Source: an uncultured Pelagibacteraceae bacterium | GTDB lineage: Bacteria > Pseudomonadota > Alphaproteobacteria > Pelagibacterales > Pelagibacteraceae | DNA length: 64,000 nucleotides | Assembly: GCA_902589765.1 (NCBI GenBank) | Contig: CACIUF010000002.1 | Coordinates: forward strand, 47,984 to 111,983 | Direction: 5' to 3' | Part shown: piece by piece, positions 18,489-28,161 of the stretch | Layout: each line of letters opens with the position of its first letter | How positions within the stretch are numbered: position 1 is the first letter of the stretch | The notes under the pieces: generated by a model | Told to the model about the DNA's origin: nothing | The model's database searches: none | What the model saw: only the letters and a program-made list of their open reading frames with translations | Made by a program: the position numbers and the translations under genes

Positions 18489-18517
18489 TTGCTATTTATA
18501 TATTTAATTATTATAAA
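18489..18517 (+). promoter_or_regulatory. Putative sigma70 promoter of the rpmH operon
   Basis: TTGCTA, 17 nt, TATAAA upstream of rpmH. Confidence 0.5.
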
Positions 18518-18549
18518 GGGCGAAATTTTATATAAATTTAACCACTTTT

Positions 18550-18711
18550 ATGAAAAGAACATATCAACCATCTAGGAAAAAAAGAAGCCGAACTCATGGT
18601 TTTAGATCGAAAATGAAAACCAAGGGAGGTAGAAAACTTTTAAAACGAAGAAGAGCTAGGGGAAGAAAAAATTTAACAGTATCATCTACTGTAAAAAGAA
18701 GAAGAAAATAA
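18550..18711 (+). CDS. rpmH: 50S ribosomal protein L34 (53 aa, not in ORF track)
   Basis: [53 protein letters not shown]. Confidence 0.97.
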   Translation: MKRTYQPSRKKRSRTHGFRSKMKTKGGRKLLKRRRARGRKNLTVSSTVKRRRK

Positions 18712-18721
18712 AGCCAGCTCG

Positions 18722-19063
18722 ATGAAAAGCAAAATTGTTGCTCTTTCAAAGAATGAAGACTTTAAAACTTTGCTCAAAAAGAAAAAAGTATCAAACAGAT
18801 ATGTAACAATTTTTTTTGGTAATATAGATAAAAAAAGTAATCAAAAACTTAATATTTCTTTTGTAACTAAGAGGAAGATAGGAAATGCTGTAAAGAGAAA
18901 CAAAATAAAGAGGAGACTAAGGAATATTATGAATGATGCTGTTAAAGAAATATCTCTAAAATATCACTATTCATATCTTGTTATTGCTAAGTCAACTATG
19001 CTAAATAATGAATTTAAAATTATAAAAGAAACCTTATTTCAGGATTTTAAAAAAATTAAATAA
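18722..19063 (+). CDS. rnpA: Ribonuclease P protein component
   Basis: [16 protein letters not shown] (RNR motif); rpmH-rnpA synteny. Confidence 0.94.
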   Translation: MKSKIVALSKNEDFKTLLKKKKVSNRYVTIFFGNIDKKSNQKLNISFVTKRKIGNAVKRNKIKRRLRNIMNDAVKEISLKYHYSYLVIAKSTMLNNEFKIIKETLFQDFKKIK

Positions 19064-19302
19064 TGAACATTTTTACAATTATATTTATAAAATTAATTCA
19101 GGGTTACAAATACCTAATAAGTCCATTACTTGGTAGCTCTTGTAGGTACTTTCCATCTTGTTCCGATTATAGCATTGAAGCATTAAAAACTTATGGTTTT
19201 TTTAAGGGTGGATATTTAAGTTTAAAAAGAATTCTTTCATGCCACCCTTTTAAAGAAGGTGGAATTGATCCCGTAAAAAAAGAAATAAAAGTTAAAAAAT
19301 AA
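19063..19302 (+). CDS. yidD: Membrane protein insertion efficiency factor
   Basis: [29 protein letters not shown]. Confidence 0.94.
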   Translation: MNIFTIIFIKLIQGYKYLISPLLGSSCRYFPSCSDYSIEALKTYGFFKGGYLSLKRILSCHPFKEGGIDPVKKEIKVKK

Positions 19303-20981
19303 TGGACTCTAAAAATACAATAGCGGCTATAGCTTTATCATCTGCTGTAATTGTTTTGTGGGCATTATTCTTTGTTCCAGAAAAATCAACAGTGGATCAA
19401 AACATTGTTGAAAAAGAAAAAATTGAACAAAGCGGTGATACACCAAGTTTAGAGCAAAAGGAAACACAAATTACAATTTCACGAGATGATGCATTAAAAG
19501 AAAGTGAAAGAATTCAATTTGAAAATGATAATATTATAGGTTCAATATCATTAAAAGGTGCATCAATTGATGATTTAACTTTCAAAAATTATAAAGTAAC
19601 CCTCGACAATGAACAAAGAGTAACTTTATTAGGACCTCGAAATATTAAGGAGGGATATCTAATAGATAGTGGTTTTGTTACTTCTGATAAAAATATTAAT
19701 GTTCCTAACTCAGATACAATTTGGTCAATAGAAGGTAATAACAAACTCACAGACGGGTCTCCAATAAAACTATCATGGTCCAACGAACAGGGTCTAAAAT
19801 TTGAAAAAATAATATCGCTAGATGATAAATATCTTTTTACTGTTAAACAAAAGATAATTAATGAGAGTAATAATAAATATGATTTTTACTCATATGGACA
19901 AATAATAAGAAATGAAATCCCAGAAATAATTGATTTTTTAATTCTTCATGAAGGACTCATTGCAACTTTGGATGATGAATTAATAGAGGAGGATTATGAT
20001 GATATTCAGGAAAAGAAGTTTACTAAAATAGCTAATAAAGGGTGGTTGGGGATAAGTGATAAATATTGGATTACTTCCTTAATACCACCAAAAGATAAAG
20101 AGTTTAAAACAACATTCGACTATAAAAATAAATTTAGAGCAAATTTTATTTCTACAGATCCTTTGGCATTAAATGAAAAAAGTTCAATTGAAGAAGAATT
20201 ACAAATTATCGTTGCGGCAAAAAGAGTGGATGTGATAGACGGATATGCTGAAAAACTCAACATTGATAAATTTGATTTAGTTATTGATTGGGGATTTTTA
20301 TACTTCATAACCAAGCCTCTATTTTATGGAATTGATTATTTCTTTAAACTACTTGGAAACTATGGTTTGGCAATTATAGCTATCACTATTTGTATTCGTT
20401 TAGTTTTTTTCCCATTAGCTAACTTTTCATTTAAAAGCATGGCAAAAATGAAAGTTCTTCAACCAGAAATGGTTCGCCTAAAAGAGTTGCATAAAAATGA
20501 TAAAATGAAACTTCAACAAGAAATGATGGCTCTTTACAAAAAAGAAAAAGTAAACCCAATGTCAGGTTGTTTGCCAATTCTTGTTCAAATACCTGTATTT
20601 TTTGCATTATATAAAGTTTTGTTTGTCACTATTGAAATGAGACAAATGCCATTCTATGGATGGATTCATGATTTAAGTGAGAGAGATCCTACAAGTATAT
20701 TTAATATTTTTGGTTTGTTGCCTTACGACGTTCCAAGTTTCTTGGTTATTGGGGCTTGGCCAGTAGCAATGGGAGTTTCAATGTGGGTGCAACAAAAATT
20801 AAATCCCGCACCTACTGATCCAATGCAAGCTAAAATTTTTGCTTTCTTCCCACTTTTCTTAACTGTAATACTTGCACCATTCCCAAGTGGGTTAGTTATT
20901 TACTGGACTGTTAATAATATTTTAACAATGGCTCAGCAAGTATTTATTATGAGAAGAACAACAGTCAAAACGACAACCTAA
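19302..20981 (+). CDS. yidC: Membrane protein insertase YidC
   Basis: IDWG, GNYGLAII, SMAKMK.LQP, NPMSGCLP.LVQIPVFFALY, GLVIYWTVNN. Confidence 0.97.
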   Translation: MDSKNTIAAIALSSAVIVLWALFFVPEKSTVDQNIVEKEKIEQSGDTPSLEQKETQITISRDDALKESERIQFENDNIIGSISLKGASIDDLTFKNYKVTLDNEQRVTLLGPRNIKEGYLIDSGFVTSDKNINVPNSDTIWSIEGNNKLTDGSPIKLSWSNEQGLKFEKIISLDDKYLFTVKQKIINESNNKYDFYSYGQIIRNEIPEIIDFLILHEGLIATLDDELIEEDYDDIQEKKFTKIANKGWLGISDKYWITSLIPPKDKEFKTTFDYKNKFRANFISTDPLALNEKSSIEEELQIIVAAKRVDVIDGYAEKLNIDKFDLVIDWGFLYFITKPLFYGIDYFFKLLGNYGLAIIAITICIRLVFFPLANFSFKSMAKMKVLQPEMVRLKELHKNDKMKLQQEMMALYKKEKVNPMSGCLPILVQIPVFFALYKVLFVTIEMRQMPFYGWIHDLSERDPTSIFNIFGLLPYDVPSFLVIGAWPVAMGVSMWVQQKLNPAPTDPMQAKIFAFFPLFLTVILAPFPSGLVIYWTVNNILTMAQQVFIMRRTTVKTTT

Positions 20982-21001
20982 ATTTTAATTTAAATAAATT
21001 A

Positions 21002-21850
21002 ATGGACTTAAAAAAAATTCTTCCTGAAAACGGACCTCCAATAAACGAGGTTAATAAATATATAGAAAAATATAAAAATGACTTGATAGTCATTAAATAT
21101 GGAGGAAATGTTTTAATTGATAGAAATATCTTTGATAATTTTATTACTGATTTAAGTATTTTAAATAAATTAGGTCTTTCAGTTATTGTAGTTCATGGTG
21201 GAGGTCCAAGAATCAAGAGAGAGTTAGATAAATCTAATATTCAATCGAAATTTATAAGAGGGCTAAGAGTCACTGATGAAAAAATTATAAACATTGTTGA
21301 GTCAGTCTTAATAGATTTTAACAATGATATTGTTAGCTCTTTGGATAAAAAAAATACAGAAGCAGTTTCCATTCACACAAAAAAAGATAATATTATTGAA
21401 GTCGTACCAGAGGCAAAAGAACTGGGTTTCGTTGGCCTACCAAATAAGATCAATAACGATATTTTATTGAATATAATTCAACAAAATAAAATACCGATTA
21501 TTTCACCATTAGGCTTAGATAAAAATAATCAAACACATAATATTAATGGTGATACTGCGGCAATGGCTGTAGCCAAATCTGTCAAATCAAGGAGATTACT
21601 ATTGATGACAAATGTTGATGGTGTTTTAAATAAAGAAAAAAAACTTATAGATGAAATATCCTCATCAGAAATATTAGAGATGGTAAAAGACGAGACAATT
21701 ACTGAAGGAATGATACCTAAAATAAATGCTTGTCTAGATGCTGTAAATAATGGAGTTACAGCAGCAGGTATAATTAATGGTACAAAACAGCATTCTTGTT
21801 TATGGGAAATTTTCTCAGACAAGGGATCAGGTACATTAATAAGAAAATGA
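21002..21850 (+). CDS. argB: Acetylglutamate kinase
   Basis: VIKYGG, VVHGGGP, GLRVTD, NINGDTAA, GMIPK. Confidence 0.95.
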   Translation: MDLKKILPENGPPINEVNKYIEKYKNDLIVIKYGGNVLIDRNIFDNFITDLSILNKLGLSVIVVHGGGPRIKRELDKSNIQSKFIRGLRVTDEKIINIVESVLIDFNNDIVSSLDKKNTEAVSIHTKKDNIIEVVPEAKELGFVGLPNKINNDILLNIIQQNKIPIISPLGLDKNNQTHNINGDTAAMAVAKSVKSRRLLLMTNVDGVLNKEKKLIDEISSSEILEMVKDETITEGMIPKINACLDAVNNGVTAAGIINGTKQHSCLWEIFSDKGSGTLIRK

Positions 21851-22536
21851 ACTTAAAAGAAAAAAAATATCTGCTACTTGATCTTGATGGTGTTTGTTAT
21901 GGAAAGCACAATAACTATTCTTTAGAGCGTGTATTTGGTCAAGTTTCAAAGAGGATGACTCAATTTATATCTGAAAAACTTAAAATTGATAAAGATAAAG
22001 CTAAAGAATTACAAACAAATTATTTCTATAAATATAATACATCATTAAGAGGATTAATGGTCCATAATGGAATATCACCAGATGAATTTTTATCTTACGT
22101 CCATGAAATTGATTTATCATTTATGAAAGAAGATAAAATTATGAGAAATGAGCTTAAACAATTAGATATGGAAAAATTTATCTTCACCAATGGTAGTGCT
22201 GAACATGCTGCAAATATTTTAACTCACTTGGGTGTGTATGATTTGTTTGGAAGAGATAAGGTTTTTGATATTAAAGACGCTGGTTATGTACCTAAACCAG
22301 AAGCAGAAACCTTCGACTTAATGGTAAAAAAATTTGGTATAAATCCAAAAGAGACTATTTACATTGAAGATATAGCTAAAAATTTAAGTATAGGTCACGA
22401 ACGAGGTTGTACAACTGTTTGGTTAATTAATGATGAGCATTTTGGAAAAATGGATGCAGACAAAGATTTTATTTCACACAAAATTGAAAATCTGTCTTTA
22501 TTTCTAAAAGAAATAAGGCTATTAAAAAGTAATTAA
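21847..22536 (+). CDS. HAD-family pyrimidine 5'-nucleotidase
   Basis: DLDG (motif I), FTNG, PKP, IED...NL; usual argB-dapD position; start at ATG 21847 (ATGA overlap with argB). Confidence 0.85.
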   Translation: MNLKEKKYLLLDLDGVCYGKHNNYSLERVFGQVSKRMTQFISEKLKIDKDKAKELQTNYFYKYNTSLRGLMVHNGISPDEFLSYVHEIDLSFMKEDKIMRNELKQLDMEKFIFTNGSAEHAANILTHLGVYDLFGRDKVFDIKDAGYVPKPEAETFDLMVKKFGINPKETIYIEDIAKNLSIGHERGCTTVWLINDEHFGKMDADKDFISHKIENLSLFLKEIRLLKSN

Positions 22537-22538
22537 TT

Positions 22539-23366
22539 ATGTCTTTAGAAAAAATAATCAATGATGCTTGGGAAAATAAAGATCAGGTTAACCAAAATTC
22601 TGATCAAGATTTAAAAGATGCTATTAACCAAGTTATTGCTGATTTAGATAGTGGTAAATCAAGAGTTGCTGAGAAAATAAATGGAGAATGGGTAACTCAT
22701 CAGCACCTTAAGAAAGCTATAATGTTAAGTTTTAGAATTTACCCAATGGAAAATTTAAATGGTCCTTATAGTAGTTGGTACGATAAATCACATTTGTTGA
22801 AAGGTAAAACTGCAGGATGGACCAAAGCTGATCATGAAAAAGCAGGTTTTAGAATGGTTCCGAACTCACCAGTAAGAAAAGGTTCATTTGTCGGAAAAAA
22901 CGCTGTTCTTATGCCATGTTATGTAAACATTGGAGCATATATTGACGAAGGAACGATGATAGATACTTTTGCAAGAGCTGGTAGTTGTTGTCAGATAGGT
23001 AAGAATTGCCATATTTCTGCAGGTTCGGGTGTTGGTGGAGTTCTAGAGCCCGCGCAAGCTTTACCAACAATCATAGAGGATAATGTATTTCTTGGAGCGA
23101 TGTCAGAGGTAGTTGAAGGCGTAATTGTTGGAGAAGGTTCAGTTTTAAGTATGGGTATGTATATCGGTCAATCAACAAAAATAGTTGAAAGGAAAACTGG
23201 GAAAATTACTTATGGTAAAATACCACCTTATTCAGTTGTAGTTCCAGGCTCATTGCCTGATAAAAATAATTCTTCTGCACCCTCCTTGTATTGTGCAGTA
23301 ATAATTAAACAAGTTGATGAAAAAACAAGATCTAAAACTTCTATTAACGACCTCTTAAGAGACTAA
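22539..23366 (+). CDS. dapD: Tetrahydrodipicolinate N-succinyltransferase
   Basis: W...[38 protein letters not shown]. Confidence 0.96.
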   Translation: MSLEKIINDAWENKDQVNQNSDQDLKDAINQVIADLDSGKSRVAEKINGEWVTHQHLKKAIMLSFRIYPMENLNGPYSSWYDKSHLLKGKTAGWTKADHEKAGFRMVPNSPVRKGSFVGKNAVLMPCYVNIGAYIDEGTMIDTFARAGSCCQIGKNCHISAGSGVGGVLEPAQALPTIIEDNVFLGAMSEVVEGVIVGEGSVLSMGMYIGQSTKIVERKTGKITYGKIPPYSVVVPGSLPDKNNSSAPSLYCAVIIKQVDEKTRSKTSINDLLRD

Positions 23367-23368
23367 AA

Positions 23369-24526
23369 ATGAAAACTTTAAATGAGTTAAAATTAGCTAA
23401 AGAGCTAATCAGGTTTCCTTCAATCACCCCAGTTGATGCTGGAGTAATGAAATTTTTAGAAAAAAAATTAAAAAAATTAGGTTTCAAAACAAAAATATTG
23501 GAATTTAAAGAAAGAGGATTTCAGCCTGTGAAAAACTTGTATGCAAGATTAGGATCTAAGAAACCGAATTTTATGTTTGCAGGACATGTTGATATTGTCC
23601 CTCCAGGAAACATTAAGGATTGGACGGTAAATCCATTTAAGCCATCTATCAAAAAAGGCCATTTAATTGGGAGAGGTGCAAATGATATGAAAAGCTCTGT
23701 TGCAGCTTTTGTGTCTGCTGTAAGCACTTTTTTATCAAAAAATAGAAAATTCAACGGGTCGATAAGTTTACTTATTACAGGAGATGAAGAAGGTGATGCA
23801 GTAAATGGCACAAAAAAAGTTGTAGATTATTTAAAAAAAAGGAAAGAGAAAATTAACTTTTGTCTTGTTGGTGAACCAACAAATCCAAATAAATTAGGTG
23901 AAATGATAAAGATTGGACGTAGGGGTAGTTTAACTGGTAAATTAAATATTTTTGGTCAACAAGGCCATGTTGCATATCCTCATAGAGCTAATAATCCCTC
24001 AACTATAATTGTAAAAATTTTAAAAGAATTAAAAGATATTAAATTTGATAGAGGATCAAAAAACTTCCAACCAACAAACTTAGAGGTTACAAAAATAAAT
24101 ATAAATAATAACGCTGATAATGTTATCCCAGCTATGGCTGAGGCAACATTTAATATAAGGTTTAATAATAAACATTCGTCAAATTCTATTAAAAATAGAC
24201 TTAATAAAATTTTTAAAAAAATAACCAAGAAAAATAAATCAAAATTTAAAATTGATTATAGAGTTTCAGGTGAGGCATTTCTAACAAAGCCAAATGAAAC
24301 AACGCACATGATACAAAATATTATAAAAAAAGTGACCAAAATTAAACCAAAGCTATCTACTACAGGTGGAACGTCTGATTTGAGATTCATAAGAAAAATA
24401 TCACCTGGATTAGAGTTTGGGCTTGTTGGAAAAACAATGCATAAAGTTGATGAAGCCGTATCTTTAAAAGATTTGAAAAATCTTAAGAAAATTTATGAAA
24501 ACATTTTAATAAATTATTTTAAATGA
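23369..24526 (+). CDS. dapE: Succinyl-diaminopimelate desuccinylase
   Basis: FAGH.D.VP, GRGA.DMK, TGDEE, VGEPT, GHVAYPH, GGTSD.RF, HKVDE. Confidence 0.96.
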   Translation: MKTLNELKLAKELIRFPSITPVDAGVMKFLEKKLKKLGFKTKILEFKERGFQPVKNLYARLGSKKPNFMFAGHVDIVPPGNIKDWTVNPFKPSIKKGHLIGRGANDMKSSVAAFVSAVSTFLSKNRKFNGSISLLITGDEEGDAVNGTKKVVDYLKKRKEKINFCLVGEPTNPNKLGEMIKIGRRGSLTGKLNIFGQQGHVAYPHRANNPSTIIVKILKELKDIKFDRGSKNFQPTNLEVTKININNNADNVIPAMAEATFNIRFNNKHSSNSIKNRLNKIFKKITKKNKSKFKIDYRVSGEAFLTKPNETTHMIQNIIKKVTKIKPKLSTTGGTSDLRFIRKISPGLEFGLVGKTMHKVDEAVSLKDLKNLKKIYENILINYFK

Positions 24527-25446
24527 AAACAGCGATCATAAATTCTGACTCCTATGAGAAACATAACACTGGCGATGGTCATCCTGAGCAGCCTAAAAGA
24601 GTAATTGCTATAAAAGAAAAGTTAAAAAAAAGAAAAGACCTAATCTGGGATAAGCCAGATAATGTTCCTGATGATATATTGTCTATGACACATTCAAAAG
24701 ACTATATAAATAATTTAAAAGATTCTTTTCCTCAAAAAGGCCTTAAGTATCTAGATGGCGATACTGTTGTATCGCCTGAAAGTAAAAAAGCAGTTTTTGA
24801 TGCTGCAGGCTCAACAATAAGAGCAATAGATGGAATAGAAAGTAATCAATTTAAAAATGCATTCTGTTTGGCTAGACCACCTGGGCACCATGCTGAAAAA
24901 AATAAAGCTATGGGATTTTGTTGTATATCAAACGCGGGAGTGGCAACAAACTATTTAGTGTCAAAATATAAATACAAAAGAATTGCCTGTGTAGATTTTG
25001 ACGTGCACTGGGGTAATGGAAATTATGATGTCATGCGTAATAATAAAAATTCATTATATATTTCCACGCATCAATATCCCTTTTATCCTGGGGGTGGAAC
25101 AGATAAAGATAAAGGAGACTTTAATAATTCATTGAATATCCCTTTGCCCGCTGGGACGAACTCAGAAGAATACTTTAATGCATTTGATAGGGTGTTAGAA
25201 AGATTAGTTCAATATAAACCAGATTTTCTCATATTTTCAGCAGGTTTTGATGCACATAAAGATGATCCATTAGCTCAATTTCAACTTAGTTCAAAAGATT
25301 TTTATGAAATTACTAAAAGAACATTAGCGGCTACTAATAAGTTTACCGCAGGTAAAGTTGTTTCTATACTTGAAGGTGGATATGATTTAAATGCTTTAGC
25401 AGAAAGCGCTAACGAACATATCAATGCATTGGTAGAATTCAATTGA
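24523..25446 (+). CDS. Zn-dependent histone deacetylase family protein
   Basis: HPE...R, RPPGHHA, MGFC, DFDVHWGNG, S.HQYPFYPG, SAGFDAH..DPL, LEGGY. Confidence 0.92.
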   Translation: MKTAIINSDSYEKHNTGDGHPEQPKRVIAIKEKLKKRKDLIWDKPDNVPDDILSMTHSKDYINNLKDSFPQKGLKYLDGDTVVSPESKKAVFDAAGSTIRAIDGIESNQFKNAFCLARPPGHHAEKNKAMGFCCISNAGVATNYLVSKYKYKRIACVDFDVHWGNGNYDVMRNNKNSLYISTHQYPFYPGGGTDKDKGDFNNSLNIPLPAGTNSEEYFNAFDRVLERLVQYKPDFLIFSAGFDAHKDDPLAQFQLSSKDFYEITKRTLAATNKFTAGKVVSILEGGYDLNALAESANEHINALVEFN

Positions 25447-25476
25447 TAAATATCTAGCCCATCATAAATCAACTTC
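25443..25476 (+). promoter_or_regulatory. Putative promoter of the SET gene, likely leaderless
   Basis: TTGATA (25443-25448), 16 nt, TAAATC (25465-25470), 6 nt, ATG. Confidence 0.45.
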
Positions 25477-25971
25477 ATGAAACTATACAAAATAAGAAAA
25501 TCAAAAATTGATAATAAAGGTCGTGGACTTTATGCTACTAAAAATATCAAAGAAGGTACAAAAATTATTAATTACTTAGGAAAAATAATTACAAATAAAG
25601 AAGTTGAAGAGTCAAATAAATATGACAATAAAAAACCTATTTATCTATTTACTCTAAATAAAAAATATACCTTAGATGGTGATTTCTCATTTAATATTGC
25701 TGGATTGGTAAATCATAGTTGTGATGCGAACGCACGTTATGATGGTAAGGGTTTAAAAATTTGGATAACAGCTGATAGAGATATTAAAAAGGGCGAAGAG
25801 ATAACTTGTGATTATGGTTTTAGTTTTGATAAGGAAGATTACAAGCAATTTCCTTGTAAATGTAAATCAAAAAATTGTTGTGGTTTTATAATTCGTGAGG
25901 AAAGTAGATGGCGAATACACCGAAAGTTTGCGATGAGTAATAAAAAAAAATTAATAAATAACTTTCGTTAA
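25477..25971 (+). CDS. SET-domain protein-lysine methyltransferase with post-SET zinc motif
   Basis: GRGLYA, NHSC..N, IKKGEEITCDYG, post-SET CKC.S.NC.G. Confidence 0.92.
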   Translation: MKLYKIRKSKIDNKGRGLYATKNIKEGTKIINYLGKIITNKEVEESNKYDNKKPIYLFTLNKKYTLDGDFSFNIAGLVNHSCDANARYDGKGLKIWITADRDIKKGEEITCDYGFSFDKEDYKQFPCKCKSKNCCGFIIREESRWRIHRKFAMSNKKKLINNFR

Positions 25972-26691
25972 ATAGAGACCTTGAGGTGGTGCAGGTGGAG
26001 CACATAATTCTCTTTTTTTAGACTGCATTACATTTACAAATCTTTTTAATGTCCATTTTTCTTCCCCAACATATTTTAAACAACCAACCATAGACCGAAC
26101 TTGTTGTTGTAAGAAAGATTGAGATCTGAATTCTATTTCAATCTTATTTTTTGTAGATCTAATTTTTACAGATTTCATAGTCTTTATTGGACTTTTAGCC
26201 CTACAACTCGATTTTCTAAAAGTACTGAAATCTTTAGTACCAATCAATTTTCTTGCAGCACCTTTCATCAATTTTAAATCAAGATCTTTTATAATATGCC
26301 AACCTCTATTTTTATCTAAAACTGGTCCACTAATCCGATTAATAATCACATAATTATAAACTCTCATTTTAGCTGAAAATCTAGCGTGAAAATTATTACC
26401 TCTTTTTGTAATTTTAAGTATTGCTATTCCATCTTTATTTAAAAAATGATTGATTGATTTTAAAAACCTATCAATTTTGATAATCTTATTTTTACAATCA
26501 AAATGTGCTGACTGTTCTTTGGCATGTACACCAACATCTAATCTTCCAGCCCCATATATTATGATTTTCTCTTTTAAAAGTTTTGAAATTTTCTCTTGTA
26601 ATAACCCCTGGACAGTTTTTCCTTTTTTTTGAATTTGCCACCCCCTAAAATTAGTACCCTCATATTCAATTAATATTTGATACCTAAACAT
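25951..26691 (-). CDS. truA: tRNA pseudouridine(38-40) synthase
   Basis: EYEG..F.GWQ.Q, AGR.D.GVHA, FHARFSA, DFSTFR, FL..QVR.MVG. Confidence 0.95.
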   Translation of the reverse strand: MFRYQILIEYEGTNFRGWQIQKKGKTVQGLLQEKISKLLKEKIIIYGAGRLDVGVHAKEQSAHFDCKNKIIKIDRFLKSINHFLNKDGIAILKITKRGNNFHARFSAKMRVYNYVIINRISGPVLDKNRGWHIIKDLDLKLMKGAARKLIGTKDFSTFRKSSCRAKSPIKTMKSVKIRSTKNKIEIEFRSQSFLQQQVRSMVGCLKYVGEEKWTLKRFVNVMQSKKRELCAPPAPPQGLYLTKVIY

Positions 26692-27616
26692 TTGATAACT
26701 TTAAGCCCTTTTTAATTTGAGAGCCCAACATGAATTCGCTAATTTTTTGTGGTCTTTTTCCTTGTCTTTGAATTTCGAGAATCTTAATAGATTGGTTTTT
26801 ATTGCATGCTACTTCCAGCTGATTTGAAATTATTTCTCCAACTTGACCTATGCCATTACCAATTTCGGCTTTCAAAATTTTATATCTTTCGCCATTAAAA
26901 CTAAAAGAGGCACCTGGGGAGGGAAATAATCCATTTATTTTTCCAATTATTTTAGAGGCATCCTCGTCCCAATCAATCCGTGACTCCTCCTTATCAATTT
27001 TTTTTGCATAAGTAGCTTTTGAATGATCCTGATCAATAAACTTCGCCTTATCTTCAAGTATATCATCCACATTATCTAAAATTTTTTCAGCAGCTAAAGC
27101 GGATAGTTTTTCTGAAATTTCTTGAGCATTTTGGTTTTGATCTATTTTGATTTTATAAATATTACTAACTGGTCCGCTATCCAATTCTTTTTTGATCTTC
27201 ATAATACTTATGCCCGTTTCAGGATCTAAATTCATAATTGATCTCTGGATTGGCGCTGCGCCTCGCCAACTAGGAAGAATTGAGGCGTGAATATTCACAA
27301 AACCTTTTTTAGTTAAGTTTAAAAAATTTTCAGGAATTATTTGTCCATATGCACACACTATTGCAAGATCAGCATTTAATTCTTTTAAAAATTCATACTC
27401 CTCATGATTATCTTTAAGTGTCTTGGGTGTTCTATAATCTATATTTAAAGTTTCAGAGATGCCCTGAATTGGACTTTTGTTAATTTTTTGTCCTCTATGA
27501 GATTTTTGCGGTGGTTGAGTAAAAACCACAGAAATATTATAACCATTCTGATATAGAGATTTTAAGATAGGAACACAAAATATTGGTGTACCCATAAAGA
27601 TAATCTTATTTGCCAT
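26684..27616 (-). CDS. fmt: Methionyl-tRNA formyltransferase
   Basis: IFMGTP, AYGQI, NIHAS.LP.WRGAAPIQR. Confidence 0.97.
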   Translation of the reverse strand: MANKIIFMGTPIFCVPILKSLYQNGYNISVVFTQPPQKSHRGQKINKSPIQGISETLNIDYRTPKTLKDNHEEYEFLKELNADLAIVCAYGQIIPENFLNLTKKGFVNIHASILPSWRGAAPIQRSIMNLDPETGISIMKIKKELDSGPVSNIYKIKIDQNQNAQEISEKLSALAAEKILDNVDDILEDKAKFIDQDHSKATYAKKIDKEESRIDWDEDASKIIGKINGLFPSPGASFSFNGERYKILKAEIGNGIGQVGEIISNQLEVACNKNQSIKILEIQRQGKRPQKISEFMLGSQIKKGLKLSNV

Positions 27617-27618
27617 CT

Positions 27619-28140
27619 TTAAACTACTATTCTGTCTGGATTTTTTTTAATTTTTGAAATTTTTTTTATGATAAAATCTTTCTTTAATTTTGATAAATGG
27701 TCAATAATTAATTTTCCATCTAAATGATTTATTTCATGTTGAATACAAGTAGATAAAAGCCCATCACATTTAAGATTTTTCTTCTCCCCCTTTTCGTCAA
27801 TATATTCCACCTCACAAATTTTTGGTCTCTCAATTTCAATAAAAGTTTCAGGTATTGATAGACAACCCTCCTCGTACACCGATGTCTCTTCGCTTAAGTT
27901 TTTTATTACAGGATTGATTAATGCAATTGGTTGATTTTCTTCATTCTTATTTGAAACGTCAACAACTAAAACTCTTTTCAGTATACCTACTTGAACTGCA
28001 GCAAGACCAATTCCCTTGGAATGGTACATTGTTTCAAATAAGTCTTCAATTAATTTTTTTTCATTAATTCCAACTTTTTCAATTGGATCAGATATTTTTT
28101 TTAATATTTCATCTGGAACGGTAACAATTTCTTTAAGCAT
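27619..28140 (-). CDS. def: Peptide deformylase
   Basis: GIGLAA.QVG, EGCLS, QHEINHL.G. Confidence 0.97.
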   Translation of the reverse strand: MLKEIVTVPDEILKKISDPIEKVGINEKKLIEDLFETMYHSKGIGLAAVQVGILKRVLVVDVSNKNEENQPIALINPVIKNLSEETSVYEEGCLSIPETFIEIERPKICEVEYIDEKGEKKNLKCDGLLSTCIQHEINHLDGKLIIDHLSKLKKDFIIKKISKIKKNPDRIVV

Positions 28141-28161
28141 AATAAATAATTAAACTAATTT

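Noticed and set aside
18462-18549. Replication origin near rpmH
   Set aside because: No dnaA adjacent and no DnaA-box cluster seen; the short spacer is explained by divergent promoters
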